Assembly: GCF_009914755.1 (NCBI RefSeq)
Contig: NC_060926.1
Source: the human T2T-CHM13v2.0 reference genome, Homo sapiens
Direction: 5' to 3' (one strand)
Length of the DNA: 64,000 nt
Numbering within the stretch: the first letter of the stretch is position 1; every line of letters starts with the position of its first letter. Below the pieces are notes generated by a model that saw only the letters and a program-made list of their open reading frames with translations, had not been told where the DNA came from and did not search any database. Positions 49,315-60,976 of this stretch are shown here, piece by piece. The position numbers were made by a program, and so were the translations under genes.

Positions 49315-51113
49315 AGCCTATGCCATAAAAATGTTAAGAATTATAGCTACATTTTTTCTTTGTCTCACTCAACACTCTCAGAGTTTTCCTCACCTCTTTG
49401 GGAATAGTTGTTCAAAATTTGATTTCTCTGCCTCTTGCCAGAGGCATTTAGAAAACAAAGAAACAAACTGTTCCTGGATGTTTAGGAGCAAGCTTCTTCT
49501 AACCTTCACGTTGTTTAGACACCGCACCCCAGACAATTGCTTTGTTCCTTCCTTGGTATCATCTCTCTGCTAGACAGCAATATACAAAATGTTCAGTTAG
49601 AAATGGTCTTATATATCAGATTATTCACGACTTGTTATATTAAAACATACATTAAAAAATGAAGTATCAAAAGCATTTGGTAAATATATTGGAGAGCCTA
49701 GAACTCTCCAATACTATATACCTGCAATGAATATTTAAAATAAGATTCTGCTGTCAAAAATGCAGAGGGTAATGACTGATCTAATTCAGTGAGGTGGGTT
49801 TTTTTTTTTTTTTTTTTGGCATTTCCGTGCATTTCATAAAAGGTCATCATGTGGTCTACTGCCCTGATTAGTAAAAATATTGCTAGGTTTAAAATAATTG
49901 GGTCCTGTTGCTTGACACAGTCGGCAAGAGTATCCTTCACAAATGTCACACATGGGCCTGGAGAAGGATCCATGGCACTTAAAGCTAGAGGCTGTCTTGG
50001 TTTCATCCGCCTTTATTCTGTCTCAACAAAGAGCCATTAATTCTACTTTTCTCTGTAAGAACAGAAACTCTTGTTTCTGTTTTATCTGTCCTGCATGTTG
50101 TTGTTTGTGACATACTAATAGAGAGACAGGTTGTGTGTGTATAAATATTTGGGCCAGATGTTCAGCCCAAGGACATCACGATTTGCCATAAAACAATCTT
50201 TGCACCTGGGTTTTGAGTGCTCAGAGCATCATTGTAAAATCCGGAGTCCCTACCATGTTCTAGATCAGAAACTGGCAGAATGAAGGGTATAGTAATGGGA
50301 TGGAGTTCAACAAAGTGGTGGGAATCTTCCAAAAAGGAATAAAAACATGTTGATAATTGTTTAATGGAAGGCCATCTCCAAGGAATGGAAGGGCTTCCCT
50401 TAGCTTTTTGCAGAAAGGAGCTGTGAACACTGAACAGAAGAATGGGAAATTAGAGGACTTTCAAGAGGGCATTTTTGAAGGAACTATTCAGGAAAAATTT
50501 AGTTGGTTAAAGGATCTTTGCAACAATAAAAATAGATTAACATTTTGTGCACAAACAAGTTTTGCTGGGAGCAAGGGAGGCTCAAAGAATGTTTTTCTTC
50601 CTCTGTTAGTTTCATTCGAACCTGCCTGCACTTGATTGGATTCCAAGTTCTGCTGGTAATGTCCTGGATATCACTTAAATTCATTCTAATACCTCTAAAA
50701 TAGTCTCAGTTTTGTGGTATTAAAATATTTTACGTCAAACATTCTTATACAATTCCAACAACATGCAAATGTTTGTAGAACGCTTCACTTGCCTGAATCC
50801 AAAAGTAATTTCATAAGAAATTCTGAGCAGCTTTATATGCCAGGTAGCAGTCTCTAATAAGCTAAGAAGAGCATAAAAATAAAACTGTAGTTTTAGAATT
50901 AATGGCTGAACTTTATCAGATATAAACCAAGGCCTCAGTTCCCCAAGGTCTATTAGTTTTCCAGGTCTACATAACATCCGCTATTGTGCTAGGGACTATG
51001 GCAGAATTCATAGACGAGTAAAATGTGGTTTCATCCTCCAGGAATTCACAATCAGCAACAGAGACCACCTGTACGCAATGTGCCATGCTAGAAGGCAGAT
51101 GGTGATAAGTGCT

Positions 51114-51714
51114 TGGGCAGGAAAGGGTTAACTCATGATGCCTGGGTTGTTTCAACCCTGCACATTCCCCAGAGAGGTCTATTTCCAGGACTGACTTTTG
51201 GCTGGTTCCTAAGAGCTAAGCATTGAGCCTTGGGAATGTTCTGCCTGGTAAGAGTGTTTTGCATGCCTGAGGCCTTGGGCCATGCTGTACCACTTTGGCC
51301 ACATAATTTACTCTAATAATGGGATGTATCATAAACATCCATTTTTGGTGTGTAGTGGGGGCTGGAGCATGAGTAGCCAAGGTCCGTCACGTGGGTGCTG
51401 CATGCCTACATGACTGACCTCCAGTACCAAACCCGGACACTAAGGCTTCCCTGGTTGGCGACACTTCGCGTGTGTTGTCATGTATCATTATTGAAGAGTT
51501 AAGTGCATCCTGTGCAACTCTACTGGGAAGGGACACCTGGAAGCTTGTATTTATTTCTCCCGGACTTTGCTCTATGTGCCCTTTTCCCTTGCTGAGCTTA
51601 ATTCATTCCTTTTTGCTGTGATAAATCATAACCATGGATACATGGCTTCTGAGTCCTGTGGGTCCTTCCAGCATATCATTGAGTCTGAGGTTGGTCTTGG
51701 AGACCCCGGATGCA
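51114..51714 (+). mobile_element. MER77/MER68/MER21-group LTR
   Basis: GCAGGAAAGGGTTAAC start; TTCTGAGTCCTGTGGGTCCTTCCAGC...GGTCTTGGAGACCCC end. Confidence 0.7.
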
Positions 51715-51945
51715 GAGTGCTGTATGAGAAGAAGAAATCATATCATAGAACTGTGGGGAACCCCTCTACCCATGAACATGCCCATGAACAAAGCTGTCTT
51801 CCATGGCATTGTCTCAAATGTAAGATAAAACTCAGTGGCCCACACATGTATTCACATATATAATTTTTCTTACATGTACATCTGATTTTCCATCTCCTTT
51901 GATTAAAAGGATTCGTGCTCAAATAATACATTTTGGGACAAATAG

Positions 51946-52070
51946 AGGGGCTTATGCTTGTACTCTCTGCACTTTGGGAGGCTAAGGCAGGAGGATTGCT
52001 TGAGGCCAGGTGTTTAAGACCAGCCTGGGCAACATAGCAAGACCCTGTCTCTATGGGGGAAAAAAAAAGA
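51946..52070 (+). mobile_element. FLAM / left Alu monomer
   Basis: GCACTTTGGGAGGCTAAGGCAGGAGGATTGCTTGAGG...GACCCTGTCTCTA. Confidence 0.85.
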
Positions 52071-52674
52071 ATATATTTTGGACTCCTTTGCATAGATGGG
52101 GAGCCTCTTAAAATGTGGCTTTGATTTCTATTCCCAGCTTCACACCTGGTGACTCCCTCAGCTCATAGCTGTGTTACAATTACATCAAATTTCCAGCCGT
52201 GTCTCAGGCTGCATATCCAGACTGCTGCTAATTATCTTTCTGCTCTGAATGTCTTCTCTTCAGCAGTTTGGGGTCTCTTCTCCCTACTTATTAAATGACT
52301 CCTTCATACCCCAAAAGCTGAGCTGAAATATTTTCTCCACCACATAGCAATGAATATTCCCCAGTGTTCCCTGCCTTGCCAGTCCATATAGAGTTGCATT
52401 ATAGCCATTATTATATTGTTCTGTTAGACTTTGATGTGTACATTTCCCCTATAGTCTGTGAGCTCCTAAGTGCCATGCCGCGTGATTCAGCTCTTCATTC
52501 CAACTGTCTAGCATGGTGCCCAGCACCCAGTAGTTCCTAGGAAAATGTTTATTAAATGAAGGGACATGCGCTTACACTGTGAAAGGAAGACAGTGGGCCC
52601 CAAGAAGATGTCAAGGACAATGGTTTCCTAAGGACTATCTGCTGAGTCTTTGATATGGACAACTGAGATGCTGG

Positions 52675-53561
52675 TAAACAGCCATGGTTAGGGAAATTCC
52701 CCCAACCAGTATGTTCTAGAAATAGCTTAGTGCAAGGAATGATCTTTCCACAGACGACTTAAGACTCGTGGATCACTCTCTGGTTTACTTCTAACAAGGC
52801 CAGACACAGACCCTCCAAATTTTCGTTTTTTATCTCATAATTAGCCAAGCTGTATCTATTGACCAACTGGAACAAAGGTTTGTAACTAAACTTTAGTTAA
52901 GCTTCTCTCCCTTCCTTGGTTCCCTGAACTTTGGCCCCTTCTCAGTATAAGAAGAGACCCCTCCTGAGACCAGGCTGATCTCAGGATAAAACATTCTCTA
53001 ATCTACTGTGCGATCACTGGCTCACCCTGTGCATCCCATTCCCCACACCTGGTTCATTGTAGCCTTATTTACTCCTCTTTCTAACAAAACAAAACAAACA
53101 AACAAAAAACTCCTTTTTGCCTAACCCTTAACACATTTGCAGATCTTGTGGTTGGAGCATTCTTGTTATTGCAATAGTTCTATTCTCCATTGAAAGAGTC
53201 CCCCAACCCCGCTTGCCATAACAAGAGACCCCTCCTGAGACCAGGCTGATCTCAGGATAAAACATTCTCTAATCTACTGTGTGATCACACCACCTCACTG
53301 GCTCACCCTGTCCATCCCATTCCCCACACCTGGTTCATTCTAGCCTTATTTACTCCTCTTTCTAACAAAACAAAACAAACAAACAAACACAAAACTCCTT
53401 TTTGCCTAACCCTTAACACATTTGCAGATCTTGTGGTTGGAGCATTCTTGTTATTGGAATAGTTCCATCCTCCACTGAAAGAGTTCCCCAACCCCGCTTG
53501 CCATAATCTGTTTAAATAAAGCCTCTCTTTGCCAATGTCCAGAGTTTGTTTTTATTTAACA
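52675..53561 (+). mobile_element. MER67/MER31-group LTR with internal tandem duplication
   Basis: CAAGGCCAGACACAGACCCTCCAAAT motif; AATAAA near end; TTTTATTTAACA terminus. Confidence 0.65.
52947..53506 (+). repeat. Two-copy tandem duplication, period ~271 bp
   Basis: AAGAGACCCCTCCTGAGACCAGGCTGATCTCAGG at 52952 and 53223; both copies end GCTTGCCATAA. Confidence 0.97.
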
Positions 53562-53963
53562 ATATCCCCTGACTGACTGGAGAATTCAAAGCATGTTCAT
53601 GCCTCCTTATTAGTGAATAAAACAAAGTGTCCATGATTCTCAATGTTCTATTTGCATATATTCTAATAGTTTATTTCCTGAATTCAAAGAGCATCATCCA
53701 CTTACCTCTATCCCTGATGAGTTTACTTTGAGTTTACTTGAGTCTAGGTTAGTTGATCCCCAGGTTTGTAGACTCCTTGTCTGTCTTGTGCCTCTTTCTC
53801 CTATTCCCCAGATTTAAGGTAAAAGCCACACTCCATGGGCCTTGGGTAGGGAAATGCCCGGTTTTCAGGCTCCTTATGGGGATTCCCTAGGCGGCTGAAG
53901 GCACGTCCTCCTTTAACACCTCATAGAGACTCAGGCCCTGGTCCTTCAATGCATTCTTGACAA

Positions 53964-54177
53964 CAGTGGTCCTCAACCAGTGATGATTTTGGCCTCCAGG
54001 GGACATTTGGCAAGGCTGGGAATATTTTTGGTTATCACACCTGTGAGGGGTTAGTTACTAGCATCTAGTGGGTAGAGGCCAGGGATGTTGCTAAACATCT
54101 CACAATATTCAGGATAACCCTCTGCAACAAAGAATGAGGTGGTCCCAAATGTCAATAGTGCCAAGTTTGAGAAACTG
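53964..54177. mobile_element. MER20
   Basis: CAGTGGTCCTCAACC...GGGGACATTTGGCAA...GTAGAGGCCAGGGATG...TTGAGAAAC. Confidence 0.9.
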
Positions 54178-57100
54178 ATTTCCATGAATATTACTGATTT
54201 TAACAAATTAAGCCAAGAACATTTACTTTTTCAAAAAAATGAAAGCAGGACAACAAAACTTTTCTAAGGGATATATAGGCCTTTATACAATTGTACTGGG
54301 ACTGTTTTTTCTATGAGGTGCTTAAAGCTCTTCCAGAAAAAATAATCAACAATCTGACAACAGAGATTTATTGATTAATTTGCAATGTTAGGTACAACAT
54401 AGATAACTTCATCACATGGTTACAATCCAGTATTTGAGCTTTGTAAGATAAGTAAACATTTATTTGAGCACAACAAAAGTCTACACACAGTATTCTGGGA
54501 TTGTTTAAAAAATAAGTGTATTCTATTCCATTTGATAGCACAAAGAAGCACATTTCAGCGTGAATTGATGGATATATTTTAAAACTGGGCATTTAGTTAA
54601 TGTGTCAAATTAAGCATAATAACCTAAATTTGGACTATCTGAATAAGAAATGCCTAATGAGCACTGGGCAAGTATCCTAGGATGGGAGTGGGGAAGGAAG
54701 TATGGCTTACAAGGGAGCTTTCTTTGCATTTCAAAATGTGGATGATAGAGAAGGTGAGGCCAGCATTCATGGTATGGGAACCTGTTCACATTTAAAATTA
54801 CTTTGTGATCTTTAAAAATAGAGTAAAAGTATAGTTATCCAGAAGTCCTTAATAAACACCTCTTTGATCAAGAAAATAAAAGTCCGTGTAGGTCATTTAG
54901 TTGGAAGGAAAGAAGACTTATTAGGGAGACATTAGATACCTTTATTTTTCAAAAGAGTAAATCTCTGTTATTAAAATAACTAAAATGTGTCAAAGTCTTC
55001 TTTTCCCCCAATTCAAGGCTAATATCTACGAGTCAGGGAAAGTCTATGATCCTAACTGATCATGTCAAACACAAGACCATTACCCTGCTTCTGTCATTAT
55101 AAATGTCACTGGAGCGGCATGTCTGCTGTACAGGTAGCAGCACATACGTGATGAAACAGGCCACTGAGCTCAATGTCAATATGTGACTTTAGACAACAAT
55201 CTCTTCATATTTTAGGAAGCTTGAAGCTAACTCAATATATTATTTAAGACAATAATCTCTTTATAATTTACAATAAAATAAAGTGAAAGTTTGTATTTCA
55301 TATTATTCAAGACACAAGCAGATTTTATCTGAAAAGACTTTTTTTTAAATATGAAAGCTTTCTCTTAGGATAAGAATTATGTAATCATGTTACACAAGTA
55401 ATACAGTGATGGAAACAAGACAATCTTTTATCTTCCTCTTCAGTTGAATGACAATAGTTTTCTGCTTAGCTGGGAGTCCACATACTATTTGGGAGAAGTG
55501 AGATATTTATCAGTGGGCTGCAGGGAATAAATGAAATCACCTCAGTAGAGGATGCTGCTATACTTTTATCAATGTCTACTGACATTGATTTGAAAGTGGA
55601 AATCTTTTGTATAAAAGTCTGGGGATTTCTCACCCATATCTTAAGTATTTCTCTGGGCTGGCAGCCCCTTAATATAATCAGAAAAGTAAAATATAGGTTA
55701 CGGAATACTCTTAAAAATTATTTTGACCACTGAGTTTGTTTCTAGTTGATTCATCTAATTAGAGACATTACAAATCATTTTATATGATTAAACTTATGTG
55801 AGTGTTGTTTTCCTGGAGATTGGGTCTCATTATAAGCATTCTAATTTGGGCCCCATTGAATTCTCTCTTTGTCCAGCCCTTCTAATCCAAGCTCTTTGGA
55901 ACTCACCCACAAGTTGTATGAATTTGGACAGACCTATATTTTGCTTTTCCTCTGACTTATTCTGTATGCAGTGGATCTGAGTAGCAGATTTTTTTTTATA
56001 GTTCTGCTAATGTGATGTGATGTTTTGAGAATGTTTAGAGCATTTAGAACAAACCACTGTAATCTAAGTTGGAATAAAGGGAAGGAATGATCTATACGGC
56101 AGACTGCCTTATTATCCCAGTTCCAAGAGCCAGTCAAAGAGACTCAGTCTCCCATCCTTCTGCTCCTCATGCATTTTGCAGTACTGGACAACTGCATGGA
56201 AGATATCACCCACTTTCCAGGACTTCCGATGAACCAGCTGCACGACATCTAGAAACTAAAATAAAACGGAGAGTTAGGGCTCACAGAGCACAGAGGGTCC
56301 TCAAAGCCACCTCATTCAACCACCCTCGCGAAGCCAATGGCTCTCCAGTCTCTGTTTAAATGTCTCTAGTGTCAGAGGACTGTTTTCCGGGATAATCTAT
56401 TTTCTTTTTAAGAATTTCAGATTATTACCGAACTTCATCAACTAAATTTTTTTTTTTTTTTCACAGCAGTTTGCCATTCATTGACTGCAGAGGATTAGGT
56501 GGAATGAGACTAATTCTTTTTTTTTTAAGAGCCAGTCTTTTAGATATTTAGTGTTTTCTTGGGTCTGCTTTTTTCTCAGTTAGACTTTCTGTAATAGGAT
56601 TGTGTATTACAGCTCCCAGTCCCTTCTATTTCTATCACAAATAAGATCTCATTGGGTGTGTAAATTTAGGCCAAATAAATCAAGTGGTAAACTTTGATGC
56701 AGGACCACCTATTGATTCTTCATTCCATCCTGAGAAGCAACTCCCTCACCCTCCAGGCTAAAATCAAGGATCAAGAAAGCCTGGCTTTCCACAGCCACAG
56801 GATCAGGAAAGATGGAGGAAACACCTTAGATTTGTCACCTGGGTATTGGTACCAGTTCTATTGGCCACAGCCTAGAGAGAAAGTCTGGACTGCAAGTGAA
56901 ATTGAGGGCTTGAAGGGAGGAAAAATGGAGAAATAATTATAAGTCATTCTCTTCATGGAACTGATGAAGTCCAGTGTGAAGGACTCTCTAACTCCTTAGG
57001 TACTTTTTTGAGGAAAGATGTAATGAAAGCCAGGAACTGTAGGAAATATTTTAACACATGTAACCTCATTCAATTCTGTCACAACTCTATGATGTGAGCA

Positions 57101-57226
57101 TTTGCAATGAAAAAGATGTGGGCTTGAAAGATGAAAAATTGTCAGTAGGATCATGGTCTTCTAACACTTCCGTACAATGCTCTTTCTACCACCGCACCTT
57201 TCTGCATTTTGGTGGCAAAAGAACTA

Positions 57227-58038
57227 TGCCTGCACATAGTAGGGGCTCCATGCATATTTGCTGAACGACAGAAGGGTTGCAAGACCAAGCGTGAGTCAAA
57301 TACATTCAAAGATCTCAAGAAGACTGTTGGGAATATGGATAAGTAAATTCTATGTTCTTGATATTTACTTGGAGCACTGGGAGAAAAAATAGGCTGGAAA
57401 TTTGGCATTGTTTTAGGAGGAGGAGAGCCTTAGTTGCTAAAAAGATGAGGATTGTGGTTCAGTTACTATTTCTTCAATTTTTTTTCTAGGATTTTTTAAA
57501 ATTAATTAATTATTATTATTTTTTGGTATTTGTTTGCTCAGACTTCAGAGATCAGCCAGGAACTGGAATGCTAATTTCTTTCCAGTTTGAGTATGTTAAT
57601 TCACTTCAGTTACTGAGAAGTTGTCTCATAGAGATCCGCTGTTAAATGATGTTTCTTCTCCCAGCTGTGATGGTACCAACTATTTGCACAGTTACAGTAA
57701 TCAGTGCTTTATTGTACTCATTTGGCTTGTATTGGCTGAATCAAAATAAAGCAATTTCCTAGGCTGGAAAATGACATCCTTAACTTTTAATACCTGGAAA
57801 TATAAACATTGTCTTAAAGAGTGTTAGGATGTTGTGAAAAGGGAGACAGATGGGAGGCAGATGGCAACCATAGACAGCAATCTCCCAGCAGAAGGACATC
57901 TTAGCCATCTTTTCATATCTCGTGCCTGCACATAGTAGGTGCTCCATGCATATTTGCTGAATGACAGAAGGGATGCAAGACCAAGCGTGAGTCAAATACA
58001 TTCAAAGATCTCAAGAAGACTGTTTGGAATGTGGATAA
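57227..58038 (+). repeat. 116-bp direct repeat pair (57227-57342, 57923-58038)
   Basis: Ungapped match with 5 mismatches counted by eye. Confidence 0.97.
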
Positions 58039-58410
58039 ACATTTAGCATCATTGAGGACGAACTTTCACTAAGTATTCATTCTTGAGTTTTAGGTAATGT
58101 ATTTTCGCATATATAATTTCAACAGGCATATCTTGAGGCTGTTGCTCGATAATTTTCTACTGCAGGAGTGCTCCTTGAAAATGACTGGAGGTTATAGATC
58201 TAGGAAAAGGCTGAACAGAGCCTGGAGTAGGAGAGTGGTGGGCAAGCAGCAAAATAAAAGCTGGTCATGGGGCACGTTTCTTATCATGTGGTGACTGAGT
58301 GGGAATATACGTTGTGGGGGTGAGATGTGGGGCTGCTTCATGCTCATGGTAACAGCCACGGTGGGCCAGCTCATTCACTCCCATCAGTCTCAGTGTTAGA
58401 ATTTCAGAGA

Positions 58411-58726
58411 GGCTGGGTTCGGTGGCTCACGCCTGTAATCCTGGCACTTTGGGAGGCTGAGGCAGGCTGATCACGAGGTCAGGAATTCGAGACCAGCCTG
58501 ACCAATGTGGTGAAAACCACGTCTCTACTAAAAATACAAAAATTAACCGGGCGTCGTGGCATGCACCTGTAATCACAGCTACTCAGGAGGCTGAGGCAGG
58601 AGAATCGCTTGAACCTAGGAGGCGGAAGTTGCAGTGAGCTGAGATTTCACCACTGCACTTCAGCCTGGGTGACAGAGTGAGACTCCATCTCAAAAAAAAA
58701 AAAAAAAAAAGAAAGAAAGAAAAAAA
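58411..58726 (+). mobile_element. AluS (Sg/Sc-like)
   Basis: GATCACGAGGTCAGG variant; A tail. Confidence 0.92.
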
Positions 58727-60674
58727 TTTTCAAAGAAAGTATTCATTGCCTGGGACCTCTCACCACCCTTCTTAGCTTCTTGTCTACCTGATTCTTGACA
58801 TTTTAGGAACAGACTACAAACCCTTTAGGTTAAGGCTTTGCTAATGAGGAAAATACTCTTGGGAAGGGGAACATTTCAAGCAGCTATTAGTGATTTATGG
58901 AGATACATAAAAATAATTTTGTGAGCTGTTACTTATATCTAAGAGTGTATGTAAGATCCAAGCCATGATTTTGATTGAACAAAGGGATGATGACATGCGG
59001 CTTCGGAATAGCGGTCTTGAAGGGAATGAAGGGGAGAAAGGCTAAAATGACAGCTTTTGTATGATTCCACTAAGCAGGCTTTTCCTCACTCTCCAGCTCT
59101 TACTGGAAATCTAGAAAGTAGAGTTCCTGGTGCAGAAGGCCTGGACATTGAGTTTCTGAGGTCTCACTGGGAGAGGCTCACAGGTTGTTGATTTGTTTCT
59201 CGAGACTTCTCTAAGGTATCCCCAGTAGTCTTGGTGCCTCCTTTCACTTAGCAAGTCTGTAAAGATTCCACTGATGGAAACATGACATTTGCCTTGGCTC
59301 CTTTCTGTAAACCGTGGCTTACGGGACCACCACCTTATCCCCAACTTTTATCTCTGAGTCATTTTCTGGGTGGGGGAAGAATCAAAGCTCTGGAGCAGAT
59401 GCCAATATTTGCTAAACTCTTCCCAGAATTCTCTCTGCCTCATACCTTTCTGGAAGCCCTAACACCAGCTTCTTTCCATCTATTTGGGGCCTGTGAAGGA
59501 GAGTCTCTCCAAAGTTGTCAAAATAACTCACCAGCTAGGCCACTCTGTGTATAGTTTGTGGTGTGGTCACAAGCTGGAATCTGTCATAATTTCTAAGTCC
59601 AGGCTGATATCCCAGTAAAGTGGCATTTAAAAATGGTCTGGCCCCACTAAACAGAGCATGCTCTGAGGCCGTGACGACTTAATCTTGGATATTGAGACCT
59701 GGAAACATCTTTGGGGCTGATGAGCAAGAAGAACTCTTCTTTTCTTTTCTTCCATTAAAAAAAGGTAAGAATGAAAAAAGATTGTGAAGAAGTCAGAAAA
59801 GGACATTCTAGTTCTTTACCGGGCTTTTAAAACCATGTTTTATTTAGCAGAAAGTCCTAGAGCTCTCACTGTGCCTGTTCATGCTATTGCCTGGGTATTT
59901 TCACAATCAGCTTTAGCAAGTCACGATCTGAGTTTTTCTTTCCGCTGCATTGAAAAATAAAAATGAAAATAATTTCATTTTCTGCCATTTCACAATCAGT
60001 AATAATTAGGTTCCCTACCCATAGATCATAGTTGGCATTTCTTTGAGCAAATATTTTGTCTTAAGAAACTATATGATGGTATATCATCTGTAGACTCATT
60101 TGAAGAAAAGTATAAGATAGGAGATAACTTTTATATTCTTAGGTGCATTTAATAAATTAGATTAATTGTTTACAAAACTATATCATGAAATCTATGGGAG
60201 TTGTTGCAAGTTGTGCAATTTTTTGGAAACAGTCAACTTAGATTTCTGAAAGCAACTACCTTCTTTTGCTCCAAGGCAGAATTAGATTGCATTAAGCATA
60301 AGTGAGTTGGTCCCTATATTGCTCTGCAATTAAGGCCTGTAGAGCTATCAGTCTGAGCCTTGGCTGCACTCTGGAACCCCAGGCACCTTTACAAAACCCT
60401 GATGCCTGGGCAGCATCCCCAGAGAAGATTCTGATCTAATTGGTTTGAGCATTGGAGTTCGTAAAACCTCCCCACGTGACTCTAACGTGCACTAAATCTG
60501 ACTAAAGGACTCAGTTTTAAGGCACTTTCCTATGATTACAGATGAAGCGCCTCAGTATCAAATTCTTCTAATTTTCCCCTTCCTTTCCAATGAGTTTCTT
60601 TGAAGCTGATAACCTTAACTGTAGTTTTTTTGTCTTTGTATTTGCAAAGGTAAGTCAAAAGTCAATACCATCAA

Positions 60675-60976
60675 ATTGGAGACTATTATTCTAAGTTAAG
60701 TAACTCAGGAATGGAAAACCTAACATCGTATGTTCTCACTCATAAGTGGGAGCTAAGCCATGAGAATGCAAAGGCATATGAATGATATAATGGACTTTGG
60801 AGACTTGGGGCAAAGGGTTGGAGGCAGGTGAGGGATAAGAGACTACAAATTGGGTTCAATGTATACTGGTCGGGTGATGGGTGCACCAAAGTCTCACAAA
60901 TCACCACTAGGGAACTTACTCATATAACCAAATACCACCTGTTCCCCAAAAACCTATGGAAGTAAAAAAATTTGTT
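60675..60976 (+). mobile_element. L1PB1-like 3' end
   Basis: AAGTAACTCAGGAATGGAAAACC...CCCCAAAAACCTATGGAA; perfect 17-bp TSD AAAGTCAATACCATCAA. Confidence 0.88.

Noticed and set aside
55135-55180. TAGCAGCACATA matches the first 12 nt of miR-15a
   Set aside because: The rest of the mature sequence differs and no complementary downstream arm forms a pre-miRNA hairpin
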